From NCBI RefSeq assembly GCF_030813165.1, contig NZ_JAUSTZ010000007.1:170035-194034 (forward strand): a stretch of 24,000 bases of DNA. The letters are read 5' to 3'. Below, in pieces: positions 9,272-18,380 of this stretch (position 1 is its first letter; the number at the start of each line of letters is the position of its first letter). The DNA is from Metabacillus niabensis. GTDB taxonomy: Bacteria > Bacillota > Bacilli > Bacillales > Bacillaceae. Both the position numbers and the translations under genes were made by a program. A model generated the notes under the pieces. The model was not told where the DNA came from. It did no database searches and saw nothing but the letters and a program-made list of their open reading frames with translations.

Positions 9272-10516
9272 ATGGTAAAGAAAATTCTAAAATCTTATGA
9301 TTATTCATTAATACTAGCGATCATTTTACTTTGCGCGTTTGGCCTTGTAATGGTCTATAGCTCAAGTATGATTACAGCTGTTGCTCGATGGGGATATGAA
9401 CCAGATCACTTTTTTCAAAGGCAAAAGCTTGCATTAATAGCTGGAGGCCTTGTCTTCTTAGTTATGATGATATTTCCCTACCGCGCGTTTTTAAATAAAA
9501 CGATTTTGAAAATAATCGTTTTTGGCTCCATTTTATTACTTGGTTCATTATTTTTTATTGGACATGCTGCAGGAAATGCGCAAAGCTGGATCAAGCTTGG
9601 TGGAATGAACATACAACCAGGTGAATTTGTAAAATTAAGTGTAATTATTTACCTTGCTGCCGTCTATGATAAGAAACAATCATATTTAAATGAATTTAGC
9701 AGAGGGGTTTTACCACCGCTTATTTTTACAGGGATTATCTGTACGTTTGTTATCATTCAGCCCGATTTCGGTACAGCCTTTATTATTAGTATGATTGCTG
9801 TTTGTATGATTTTATGTTCTGGAATGGGAATGAAGAATATTCTAAAGCTCGTTTCGCTTGTCTTTATTTTTGGAGGAATGATGGTTGGCTTCTTACTGAT
9901 TAGGGGAGTTAACCTATTTAGTCAAGAACAGTTAAGCCGTTTTAGCGGTGTTATTGATCCGTTTGGAGATGTGCAAGGTGATGGTTATCAACTAGTTAAT
10001 TCTTTCTATGCAATAGGAGCTGGAGGCTTAAAAGGTTTAGGGTTAGGACAGAGTGTCCAAAAATATGGCTATTTACCTGAATCGCATACTGATTTTATTA
10101 TGGCGATTATTGCAGAGGAATTAGGGATTTTAGGTGTAATCTTTGTATTAGTTCTCCTCACATTTGTTATTTTAAAAGGGTTCCAAATCGCGAGAAAATG
10201 CCAGGATCCTTTTGGAACTCTTCTTGCTGTAGGTATTTCAAGTATGATAGCAATTCAAGCTTTAATTAATTTAGGGGGTCTAACAGGCTTAATCCCTATA
10301 ACTGGTGTCCCACTACCATTTATCAGCTACGGTGGTTCTTCGATATTGCTTTTACTTTTATCGATGGGCTTATTAGTAAATGTGTCAATGTTTACAAATT
10401 ATCGTGATACATATCAAAAACCGAAAGTAAAAGAGGAAAATAAAAAGCCAACAATCGTAGAGCCAATTCAACATAGACATCATCGAAATCATCGACGAAA
10501 CTCTTCGTTTAGATAA
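9272..10516 (+). CDS. ftsW: SEDS-family cell-division peptidoglycan glycosyltransferase FtsW
   Basis: Multi-pass membrane protein with FtsW/RodA/SpoVE signatures (QPGEFVKL, IIQPDFGTA, ESHTDFIMAIIAEELG, PLPFISYGGSS). Same position after ylaN as B. subtilis ftsW. Unusual His/Arg-rich C-terminal tail. Confidence 0.9.
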   Translation: MVKKILKSYDYSLILAIILLCAFGLVMVYSSSMITAVARWGYEPDHFFQRQKLALIAGGLVFLVMMIFPYRAFLNKTILKIIVFGSILLLGSLFFIGHAAGNAQSWIKLGGMNIQPGEFVKLSVIIYLAAVYDKKQSYLNEFSRGVLPPLIFTGIICTFVIIQPDFGTAFIISMIAVCMILCSGMGMKNILKLVSLVFIFGGMMVGFLLIRGVNLFSQEQLSRFSGVIDPFGDVQGDGYQLVNSFYAIGAGGLKGLGLGQSVQKYGYLPESHTDFIMAIIAEELGILGVIFVLVLLTFVILKGFQIARKCQDPFGTLLAVGISSMIAIQALINLGGLTGLIPITGVPLPFISYGGSSILLLLLSMGLLVNVSMFTNYRDTYQKPKVKEENKKPTIVEPIQHRHHRNHRRNSSFR

Positions 10517-10550
10517 AAATAGTTTTTGACAACGAGGTATTCGCTTTCCG

Positions 10551-10640
10551 CTGAGGTCTGGGCCCCTACTCGAAGTAAGCTTCTGTAGGGGCTCCTGTTG
10601 ATTGGATTCTCTAAGCAGGAGTCTCATGCCTACAGATCCA
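10551..10640. other. GC-rich (about 52% by my count) structured non-coding element of unknown identity
   Basis: Hairpin 1: GCCCCTAC (10562-10569) / GTAGGGGC (10585-10592). Hairpin 2: CTCCTG (10592-10597) / CAGGAG (10616-10621). Alternative pairing: CTGTAGG (10583-10589) with CCTACAG (10629-10635). No credible ORF. Confidence 0.4.
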
Positions 10641-10661
10641 TCAACAATAATCTTAAAAGCT

Positions 10662-10707
10662 TAAAAAAAAAAGCAGGAACCTTTTAAATTTGGTTCCTGC
10701 TTTTTTA
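10662..10707. terminator. bidirectional terminator shared by ftsW (+) and ctaA (-)
   Basis: A10 tract, stem GCAGGAACC (10673-10681) / GGTTCCTGC (10692-10700), then T6. Confidence 0.85.
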
Positions 10708-10712
10708 AACAT

Positions 10713-11615
10713 TTAATTGTACTTAGAGCGACCAACTAGTAGTAGAAAATAACTTAGAAGGCCGAATAGACATGAGATAATTAATGCATGAGCTAAAGCA
10801 ATATAAAGATTTAATCCGGAAACAACTGTTAAAGCACCTGAAATTACTTGTAAGCAGATTAATATAAAGGCAATTATCCAGCCCCAATAAATAACTTTTT
10901 GATGCTTATGATATTTTATAGCTCTCCATGTTACGTAGGCTATCCAAATGAAGATTAATGCCGCAGCAGCCCGATGTCCCATTTGAATCCATTCATGCAA
11001 TGTAGTTGGCATCCCGCTAGCCCGTCTGCTACATAGAGGCCAATCTGGACATGCTAGGCTGGCTTCTTTATGTCTTACATAAGCGCCTGTATAAACGACT
11101 AAGTAGGAATAAATAGTAATCCCAATCATATGAAACTTCATCTGATTATTAATTACGAGAGAACTTGCTTCAAACTTTTTATCCACTTCGAATATTAGCA
11201 ATGTTAACAGTAAAACAGAAGCAAAGGAGATTAATGATATCCCGAAATGCAAAGCCATAACTGCATCTGATGAACCCCACATTACGGCTGCTGCACCGAT
11301 CAGTGCCTGCAAAATGAGGAACAAAACAGACAAAATGGCTAAAAATTTCGTTTCTCTAATATGACCGATTTTTTTCCAGGCCCAAATTGCGAGAATGACT
11401 ACTGTTATTCCTGCGAGCCCACTTACAAGTCTATGGCTTAATTCGATGACTAACTCAAAGGTAATTTCACTAGGTACAAATTCACCATGACATAAAGGCC
11501 ATGATTTTCCGCAGCCATCTCCAGACTCCGTTTTTGTAACAAGAGCTCCCCCAAGTAGAACTAATAACATAATGATTGTCGTAAACACGGCAAACCATTT
11601 TAGTGCACGTTGCAA
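10713..11615 (-). CDS. ctaA: heme A synthase CtaA
   Basis: [44 protein letters not shown] plus a second Cys pair CPDWPLC. Eight hydrophobic segments with conserved His residues. TTG start with GAAGGTGA 7 nt upstream. Confidence 0.9.
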   Translation of the reverse strand: MQRALKWFAVFTTIIMLLVLLGGALVTKTESGDGCGKSWPLCHGEFVPSEITFELVIELSHRLVSGLAGITVVILAIWAWKKIGHIRETKFLAILSVLFLILQALIGAAAVMWGSSDAVMALHFGISLISFASVLLLTLLIFEVDKKFEASSLVINNQMKFHMIGITIYSYLVVYTGAYVRHKEASLACPDWPLCSRRASGMPTTLHEWIQMGHRAAAALIFIWIAYVTWRAIKYHKHQKVIYWGWIIAFILICLQVISGALTVVSGLNLYIALAHALIISCLFGLLSYFLLLVGRSKYN

Positions 11616-11671
11616 AATATGTTCACCTTCTTAATAACTTTATTAGAAAATTAATAGTAAATACTCATCGT

Positions 11672-11700
11672 ATAGTACACAATGTATAGGAAAAAGACAA
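11672..11700 (-). promoter_or_regulatory. candidate sigma-A promoter for ctaA
   Basis: On the minus strand, TTGTCT (11700-11695), a 17-nt spacer, then TACTAT (11677-11672). About 50 nt upstream of the ctaA start. Confidence 0.4.
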
Positions 11701-11716
11701 TAAATATAAGGAAAAG

Positions 11717-11723
11717 TTCACAA
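11717..11723 (-). promoter_or_regulatory. TTGTGAA heptamer (TTCACAA on +), possible ResD-type box upstream of the ctaA promoter
   Basis: It reads TTTGTGAAC on the ctaA strand, just upstream of the candidate -35. As I recall it, the ResD half-site core is TTGTGAA, and ResD is known to bind the B. subtilis ctaA promoter. Confidence 0.3.
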
Positions 11724-11958
11724 AGTTATTGGATATTGTAGTTGGACGTAAATAATGAAGCGAGAAAAAAATCTTCAATTTTGATTTCTTTAATATACTA
11801 AAAAAGGTTGAATATTTAAGAGGATTTTGTTAGAAATAGAGAAGGGGTTTTGAATATTTTCTCTCTTTTATCGTTAAAAGTGTAAACGGTTTATTTTTAG
11901 AGACTTTTTTGGAATTATATGTTAAAATAGAAAAACTTGCACTTTTTACAAAAATCCA

Positions 11959-11998
11959 TTCACAATTTCGACAAAAATACTTCATGATTTGTTCACAA
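11959..11998 (-). promoter_or_regulatory. two further TTGTGAA heptamers in the same orientation, 33 bp apart
   Basis: TTCACAA at 11959-11965 and 11992-11998. The first reads TTGTGAATGGATTTTTGTAAAAA on the minus strand. Function unproven. Confidence 0.25.
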
Positions 11999-12391
11999 AT
12001 TAAGTGAGAAGTATGTTTTAATATCTAGAGGACTATTTTAAAAAACATAGAATTTATAGTAAGTGCAACCGCCTTCATTTTTATTGTAATTTATTGGCTT
12101 GAATTTTTTACTAAAAAATATTTTTCCTTATTGTTTTTGGTCAGTACATAAAGGTTATTTGGATAGTCTCCTAATTAGCAGGCATGATAATGATAAGTTA
12201 AAGTTTATTTTGGCAATTGATAAAAATAGTGAGAGTCCTACTTATTCTTTTATTAAAAATTATTTATTAGTGGTGAATTAACCGCTTTTTAGTTTGAAAT
12301 TCTTTCTTAAAAAGAATTTATTAATAAATAAGTTCCTTATTAAAGTATAATAGGAATTTTTAAATTACTGAAAGAGGGGTTTGATTTAGCT

Positions 12392-13498
12392 ATGAGAAAA
12401 AGGCTGACAAAATGGCGTCTATTATCCTTATTTGCGGCATTGACGCTTGTCCTAGCCGGCTGTGGTGAACCGTTTCTTTCCACGCTTCAACCTGCTGGTG
12501 AGGTAGCGGATATGCAATATGACCTTATGGTGTTAAGTACACTCATAATGGTTGTTGTCATTGCAGTCGTAACGGTAATCTTCATCTATGTAGTCGTAAA
12601 ATTCCGTCGACGCAAAGGTGAAGAAAACAATATTCCTGTTCAAGTTGAAGGGAATCATAAGCTAGAAATCATTTGGACTGTTATTCCTATTCTATTATTA
12701 CTTGTCTTGACAGTCCCAGTTGTCTCTGCAACGTTTAAGCTTGCTGATGTAGATGCAATTGAGGATAAAAATCGTAAACCAGAAGATGCCATCGTCGTTA
12801 ATGTACGGGCAAATCTTTATTGGTGGGAATTCGAGTATGCTGATTATGGAGTTGTAACTAGCCAAGAGTTAGTAGTACCAACTGATGAAAAAGTTTATTT
12901 TAACTTAGAATCAAATCAAGATGAAGTAAAGCACTCATTCTGGATTCCATCAATTGGCGGTAAAATGGATACAAATGTTGATTCAAATATCGAAAAGGGA
13001 ACAAATGTCAACCAAATGTGGTTAAAGTTTGATTCCAAACGTGCTGATCAAGCTGGGGAATATTTTTATGGGAAGTGTGCAGAGCTTTGTGGACCATCAC
13101 ATGCATTAATGGACTTTAAAGTAAAAGCCATTTCTAGAGATGAATTTGACCAATGGATCTCAGAAATGGAAAATAGTAAAGCTGTCGCAACAACAGATTT
13201 AGCGAAGCAAGGTGAGCAATTGTTTGAAGAAAAGGGATGTATTTCATGTCATGCTGTAACACCTATGGACGAACGTCCTGCTGCAGCTCGAACAGCTCCA
13301 AACTTGGCAACTTTTGGTGAACGTTCTACAGTTGCAGGAGTATTGAAACATAATGAAGAAAGCATCCGCAATTGGTTAAAAGACCCTGAAGCTTATAAGC
13401 CAGCTAATAAAATGACTGGTACTTATCCAAAGCTAAATGATGAAGAGCTTGATGCGTTAACTGAATATTTAATGGGGTTAAAAGTTACTAGTAATTAA
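12392..13498 (+). CDS. ctaC: cytochrome c oxidase (caa3) subunit II with fused cytochrome c domain, lipoprotein
   Basis: Lipobox LVLAGC, CuA site CAELCGPSHALM, heme c site CISCH. Confidence 0.95.
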   Translation: MRKRLTKWRLLSLFAALTLVLAGCGEPFLSTLQPAGEVADMQYDLMVLSTLIMVVVIAVVTVIFIYVVVKFRRRKGEENNIPVQVEGNHKLEIIWTVIPILLLLVLTVPVVSATFKLADVDAIEDKNRKPEDAIVVNVRANLYWWEFEYADYGVVTSQELVVPTDEKVYFNLESNQDEVKHSFWIPSIGGKMDTNVDSNIEKGTNVNQMWLKFDSKRADQAGEYFYGKCAELCGPSHALMDFKVKAISRDEFDQWISEMENSKAVATTDLAKQGEQLFEEKGCISCHAVTPMDERPAAARTAPNLATFGERSTVAGVLKHNEESIRNWLKDPEAYKPANKMTGTYPKLNDEELDALTEYLMGLKVTSN

Positions 13499-13536
13499 GT
13501 AGATATTACTTTGTAAAAGAAAAGGGAGGTAACACT

Positions 13537-15402
13537 GTGAGCACGTTGACTCAGAAAAAAGGGGTAGGTGCAGTCTTATGGGACTATTTAACAACCGTTG
13601 ACCATAAGAAAATCGCTATCCTTTACCTGATAGCCGGTGGCTTCTTCTTCCTTGTTGGTGGATTAGAAGCGTTGCTGATCCGCATTCAGCTAGCAATTCC
13701 GAATAATGACTTTGTTAGTGCAGGTGTATATAATGAAATTTTAACTATGCACGGAACTACAATGATCTTTCTAGCTGCAATGCCTTTATTGTTCGCACTA
13801 ATGAATGCCGTAGTACCATTACAAATTGGTGCTCGTGACGTTGCATTTCCATTTTTAAACTCGTTAGGTTTTTGGCTGTTCTTCTTTGGAGGGGTTTTCT
13901 TAAATCTAAGTTGGTTTTTAGGTGGAGCACCTGACGCTGGTTGGACTTCTTATGCATCTTTAGCAATACAATCTGAAGGCCATGGCGTAGATTTTTATTT
14001 ACTAGGGCTGCAAGTTTCCGGTCTAGGAACACTTATAGCTGGTATTAACTTTTTAGCTACAATCATTAACATGAGAGCACCGGGAATGACCTATATGCGC
14101 ATGCCGTTGTTCACATGGACAACTTTTGTAGCATCAGCACTTATTTTATTTGCTTTCCCTGCGCTTACAGTAGGTTTAGCATTATTAATGTTTGATCGTT
14201 TATTTGGAACTGCATTCTTTGATGCAGGTCTTGGCGGTAACACTGTTATTTATGAACATTTATTCTGGATCTTCGGTCATCCAGAGGTATACATCTTAGT
14301 TTTACCAGCATTTGGAATTTTCTCTGATATTTTACCGGTATTTTCAAGAAAACGTCTGTTCGGATACTCATCAATGGTATTCGCAACAGTATTAATTGGA
14401 TTTTTAGGATTCATGGTTTGGGCGCATCATATGTTTACAACTGGTTTAGGACCAATTGCAAATGCGATATTCGCTGTTGCTACAATGGCGATTGCTGTAC
14501 CAACAGGAATTAAAATTTTTAACTGGCTTTTCACAATTTGGGGTGGATCGATTAAATTTACCTCTCCGATGCTTTGGTCAGTAGCTTTTATTCCTTCATT
14601 CGTCATGGGTGGGGTTACAGGAGTAATGCTTGCAGCAGCAGCAGCAGATTATCAATATCATGATACTTATTTCGTTGTTGCTCATTTCCACTACGTAATT
14701 GTTGGTGGGGTTGTGTTCTCGTTATTTGCTGGTACTGTTTATTGGTGGCCAAAAATGTTCGGTAAAATGTTAAATGAGTTCTTGAATAAAGTGACGTTTG
14801 TACTTTTCTTTATTGGTTTCCATTTAACATTCTTTATTCAACATTTCCTTGGTCTATGGGGGATGCCACGTCGAATATTTACATTCTTACCTGGTCAAGG
14901 GTTAGATATGGCAAACTTTGTAAGTACAGTTGGAGCATTCTTTATGGCGGCAGCAACGATCATTTTATTGATTAACATCATTTACACTTCAATTAAGGGA
15001 GAAAAGGTTGGAGATGACCCTTGGGGTGATGGTCGTACACTTGAGTGGGCGGTTGCTTCACCTCCGGCGGAATATAACTTTAAACAAACTCCACTTGTAC
15101 GTGGTTTAGATGCATTGTGGGTAGAAAAAATGGCAGGGAATAAAGGGATGACTCCTGCAGAGCCGTTAGGTGATATTCATATGCCAAACGGATCAATCTT
15201 ACCATTTATTATGTCTTTAGGATTATTCGTTGCATCATTTGGATTACTTTATCGCGAAGACTATGGTTGGGCATTCCCGCTAATCATTGTTGGTTTTATT
15301 ATTACTTTCGGTGCAATGTTCTTCCGCTCAATAATTGATGATCATGGATACCATATTCATAAAGAAGATTTACTTAAGGAAGAAAAAGGAGGGAAAGCAT
15401 AA
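13537..15402 (+). CDS. ctaD: cytochrome c oxidase subunit I
   Basis: GTG start with AAGGGAGGT upstream. Canonical heme-copper oxidase motifs (WFFGHPEVYILVLPAFG, HHMFTTG, VAHFHYV). 621 aa. Confidence 0.97.
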   Translation: MSTLTQKKGVGAVLWDYLTTVDHKKIAILYLIAGGFFFLVGGLEALLIRIQLAIPNNDFVSAGVYNEILTMHGTTMIFLAAMPLLFALMNAVVPLQIGARDVAFPFLNSLGFWLFFFGGVFLNLSWFLGGAPDAGWTSYASLAIQSEGHGVDFYLLGLQVSGLGTLIAGINFLATIINMRAPGMTYMRMPLFTWTTFVASALILFAFPALTVGLALLMFDRLFGTAFFDAGLGGNTVIYEHLFWIFGHPEVYILVLPAFGIFSDILPVFSRKRLFGYSSMVFATVLIGFLGFMVWAHHMFTTGLGPIANAIFAVATMAIAVPTGIKIFNWLFTIWGGSIKFTSPMLWSVAFIPSFVMGGVTGVMLAAAAADYQYHDTYFVVAHFHYVIVGGVVFSLFAGTVYWWPKMFGKMLNEFLNKVTFVLFFIGFHLTFFIQHFLGLWGMPRRIFTFLPGQGLDMANFVSTVGAFFMAAATIILLINIIYTSIKGEKVGDDPWGDGRTLEWAVASPPAEYNFKQTPLVRGLDALWVEKMAGNKGMTPAEPLGDIHMPNGSILPFIMSLGLFVASFGLLYREDYGWAFPLIIVGFIITFGAMFFRSIIDDHGYHIHKEDLLKEEKGGKA

Positions 15403-16028
15403 TGGCAAATGTTGAAGATAAGTTAACAGCTGAAAATTTTCCGGCATCGCCTGAAAAAGCTACCCTCGAAGGTAAAAATAAATTTACAGGTTTTTGGTTG
15501 TTCCTTGGAGGAGAGACAGTTCTTTTTGCTAGTCTCTTCGCTACATTCTTAGCATTAAGAGAATCCTCTGCAGGAGGAGCAACAACGCAAGAACTATTTG
15601 ATATTCCATTGACTTTTGCGGCAACAATGCTGCTTTTGACCTCAAGTTTAACTAGTGTTTATGCTATGTACCATATGAAAAATTTTAATTTTGGTAAAAT
15701 GCAATTGTGGATGATTATCACCGTTCTTTTAGGATTAGGATTCCTTATTTTGGAGATTTATGAGTTTAATCATTATGTACATCATTTTGAATTTACAATT
15801 ACTAGTAGTGCTCTCGGCTCTGCGTTTTACACTTTAGTTGGAACACATGGAATGCACGTTGCTTTCGGTTTATTGTGGATCACTACTTTAATTGTCCGCA
15901 ACGCAAGACGTGGCTTAAGCTTGTATAATGCACCAAAATATTACGTTGCAAGCTTGTATTGGCACTTTATCGACGTTGTATGGGTATTTATCTTTACAAT
16001 TGTATACTTAATGGGAATGGTGGGATAA
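15402..16028 (+). CDS. ctaE: cytochrome c oxidase subunit III
   Basis: TAATG stop/start overlap with ctaD. Five TM segments, HGMHVAFG and LYWHFIDVVW motifs. Confidence 0.93.
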   Translation: MANVEDKLTAENFPASPEKATLEGKNKFTGFWLFLGGETVLFASLFATFLALRESSAGGATTQELFDIPLTFAATMLLLTSSLTSVYAMYHMKNFNFGKMQLWMIITVLLGLGFLILEIYEFNHYVHHFEFTITSSALGSAFYTLVGTHGMHVAFGLLWITTLIVRNARRGLSLYNAPKYYVASLYWHFIDVVWVFIFTIVYLMGMVG

Positions 16029-16032
16029 TTTG

Positions 16033-16365
16033 ATGGCAAATAATCATAATTCAACAAACCCAAAAGTAGATTTAGTTTATCGCCGTAAGAAAAATGCTGA
16101 AGAAATGAAACACCAAGTGATTACTTTCGGTATGATGATTTTCTTGACGATAGTTGCATTTATCGCTGTAGGATATGATGGAATCGGTGAATGGTTTAAA
16201 GTTCCATTTATTATTACACTTGCAGTAATTCAAGTCATTTTCCAACTGTATTATTTTATGCATATGAGTCATAAAGGGCATGAAATGTCCGCTCTATTCC
16301 TGTTCTCAGGTGTATTTGTAGCTGCGTTAACGGTATTGGCTTTTACTACAATTATTTGGTGGTAA
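16033..16365 (+). CDS. ctaF: cytochrome c oxidase subunit IV
   Basis: 110-aa three-TM protein immediately after ctaE, as in the Bacillus ctaCDEF operon. ATG 16033 is preferred; TTG 16030 is possible. Confidence 0.88.
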   Translation: MANNHNSTNPKVDLVYRRKKNAEEMKHQVITFGMMIFLTIVAFIAVGYDGIGEWFKVPFIITLAVIQVIFQLYYFMHMSHKGHEMSALFLFSGVFVAALTVLAFTTIIWW

Positions 16366-16377
16366 TGAACCTTAATT

Positions 16378-16412
16378 AAAGAGCAATTAGCATTTTGCTA
16401 ATTGCTCTTTTC
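16378..16412 (+). terminator. terminator after ctaF
   Basis: AAAGAGCAATTAGCA (16378-16392) and TGCTAATTGCTCTTT (16396-16410) form a perfect palindrome, followed by a T-run. Confidence 0.8.
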
Positions 16413-16482
16413 ATTACATTCAAAGCATTTCTGTAACAAGCTTCAAATGTATATGTAATAGGATTTTGTCAAAGATCGTTCA

Positions 16483-16511
16483 TTGATAGTGAAAGTTTGG
16501 AAGTGTATAAT
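16483..16511 (+). promoter_or_regulatory. near-consensus sigma-A promoter for ctaG
   Basis: TTGATA (16483-16488), exactly 17 nt of spacer, then TATAAT (16506-16511). About 38 nt upstream of the ctaG ATG. Confidence 0.7.
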
Positions 16512-16548
16512 ATTTTTGAAGGACTAGCGTTAAGGAGCTGAAAAGTTA

Positions 16549-17451
16549 ATGGGCTTTGAAATATTTGGATTTCGTGCGTTGTGGAGTCCTTATTATTTAT
16601 CCGTAATGGTTTTACTCTTAGTTTTATATTTTATGATTATTGGACCATGGAGATCGAAATTTAAAGATAGTTCACCTGTTTCAACAAAACAGCAAATTTT
16701 ATTTGTTTCTGGGATTGTTGCCTTATACGTAAGTAAAGGAAGTCCTGTTGATTTACTCGGGCATATTATGTTTAGTGCTCATATGACACAAATGGCTATT
16801 TTATATTTGATTGTACCACCCTTACTTATCTTAGGGATTCCAGAATGGTTGTGGAGAGCTATTCTGTATCGTCCTATTATTAAACCGGTATTCAAATTTT
16901 TTACAAAACCAATTCTCGCTTTAATTGTATTTAATGGTGTATTTTCAGTCTATCATATCCCATTAGTTTTTGATTTTGTAAAAACGGAACCGCTTTATCA
17001 CGCTTTAATGACGACGATTATTTTTATAGCAGCTATATTTATGTGGTTGCCGTTGCTCAATACCCTACAGGAATGGGATTCGCTTTCAGGGATAAAAAAA
17101 ATGGGGTATATTTTTGCAGACGGAGTATTATTAACTCCTGCATGTGCATTAATTATTTTTTCGCCTGATCCACTTTACTTAACATATTCCGATCCACAAG
17201 CATGGATCAATGCTTTGCATTTATGTGTGCCAGGGGATATGCTTGCAGGATTAAATTTAACAGGTCCGGAAATGTTTAATACATTGCCATTAGTTGATGA
17301 TCAACAACTTGGTGGTGTACTTATGAAAATTATTCAAGAGGTTGTATATGGGTCTATTTTAGCGTATGTCTTCTTTGAATGGGCGCGAAAAGAGCGTCTT
17401 AAAGATGAACTTGAGTTACAGGAAGACTATAGACCTGAACCGATAAAATAA
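16549..17451 (+). CDS. ctaG: cytochrome c oxidase assembly factor CtaG (Bacillus caa3-CtaG type)
   Basis: 300-aa polytopic membrane protein directly after ctaCDEF. Its size and position match B. subtilis ctaG. Contains HMTQM and ADGVLLTPACALIIF segments. Confidence 0.85.
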   Translation: MGFEIFGFRALWSPYYLSVMVLLLVLYFMIIGPWRSKFKDSSPVSTKQQILFVSGIVALYVSKGSPVDLLGHIMFSAHMTQMAILYLIVPPLLILGIPEWLWRAILYRPIIKPVFKFFTKPILALIVFNGVFSVYHIPLVFDFVKTEPLYHALMTTIIFIAAIFMWLPLLNTLQEWDSLSGIKKMGYIFADGVLLTPACALIIFSPDPLYLTYSDPQAWINALHLCVPGDMLAGLNLTGPEMFNTLPLVDDQQLGGVLMKIIQEVVYGSILAYVFFEWARKERLKDELELQEDYRPEPIK

Positions 17452-17667
17452 AGAAACATTGGGCTGATTTGATTATAAGATCAGTCCAATGTCATTGCTA
17501 CATAGGCTATGTTAATTTCAATCCTGACTTTTAGCATGTTCTTAATGGGTGATTTCTGCAGGAGAAAAGTATCAATGGGGAAATCCAATAGATGTAAAGA
17601 GTCCTTTAAGAACTGAAACAAACAGTTTTGAATAACATGGTCAATACATATAATGAGAGGATTGAAA

Positions 17668-18135
17668 ATGAATACAACATTACCTTTATTGCCTACGATT
17701 AGTACGACTTTTATCGTTCTTAGTGCAATTTTTGTTGCAATTGGCTGGTATTTAATAAAAATTAAAAAAATTGATTTACATATGAAGGTTATGACCTGGG
17801 CAGCTATTTTTGCTGTTTTATTTTTCATCATTTACGCTTCACGAACAATCTTTATAGGAAATACAGCTTTTGGTGGTCCTGAGCATATTAAAATATACTA
17901 TACTTTGTTTTTAATTTTTCATATTTCTTTAGCTACTATTGGAGCGGTATTAGGGATTATTTCTCTTATTACGGGTTATAAAAAGAATTATGAGAAACAT
18001 CGCAAAATTGGTCCGTTTACAAGTGTTGTTTGGTTTTTTACTGGTATTACAGGAGTTGCAGTATATTTATTATTATATGTGATTTATCATGGAGGGGAAA
18101 CAACCTCTGTAATTAAAGCAATCTTAGGGTTTTAA
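17668..18135 (+). CDS. DUF420 family membrane protein (CtaM/YozB-like)
   Basis: I prefer ATG 17668 (MNTTLPLL, GAGAGGA upstream). Four or five TM segments and the C-terminal KHRKIGPFTSVVWFFTGITGVAVYLLLY typical of DUF420 as I recall it. Confidence 0.7.
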   Translation: MNTTLPLLPTISTTFIVLSAIFVAIGWYLIKIKKIDLHMKVMTWAAIFAVLFFIIYASRTIFIGNTAFGGPEHIKIYYTLFLIFHISLATIGAVLGIISLITGYKKNYEKHRKIGPFTSVVWFFTGITGVAVYLLLYVIYHGGETTSVIKAILGF

Positions 18136-18145
18136 ACATAATTTT

Positions 18146-18186
18146 AAGGTGGTAAAGAATAAGATATTCTATACCACCTTTTTTAT
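18146..18186 (+). terminator. terminator after the DUF420 gene
   Basis: AAGGTGGTA (18146-18154) pairs with TACCACCTT (18172-18180), followed by T6. Confidence 0.8.
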
Positions 18187-18380
18187 TGTCTTTTTGAGGT
18201 GAAGGAAACTTGTCGGTATGCATATGAAAACGGTTAGTTGAAAATTAGGAAACATCTAAAAGCAATAACGTTTGACTTTTACATTAGCCCTGAATTTACA
18301 GGTCAACCAATGTTTCTTAAATTGGTTTCATTCGTAACTCTTTTTATGATCGTCATATCAATAAGAGAGGAGAGAATGTA

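Noticed and set aside
10385-10627. 80-aa minus-strand ORF spanning the ftsW 3' end and the GC-rich element
   Set aside because: It overlaps ftsW antisense, has no SD, and the part over the element looks like accidental open frame. The element is better explained as RNA or DNA structure.
10517-10712. Idea that the ftsW-ctaA spacer is a pycA pseudogene remnant
   Set aside because: It is only 196 bp. The frame I read across the element stops after about 16 codons, and nothing resembles biotin carboxylase or carboxyltransferase motifs. This cannot be excluded without a tblastn search.
12099-12281. 60-aa plus-strand ORF in the ctaA-ctaC spacer
   Set aside because: No SD, an odd AT-driven composition, and no resemblance to CtaB. 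Most likely a chance open frame.
13757-14032. 91-aa minus-strand ORF inside ctaD, and 16072-16281 inside ctaF
   Set aside because: Antisense shadow frames within highly conserved oxidase subunit genes.
17481-17831. 116-aa minus-strand ORF
   Set aside because: It overlaps the 5' part of the DUF420 gene antisense and has no SD. The plus-strand gene has family-typical motifs.
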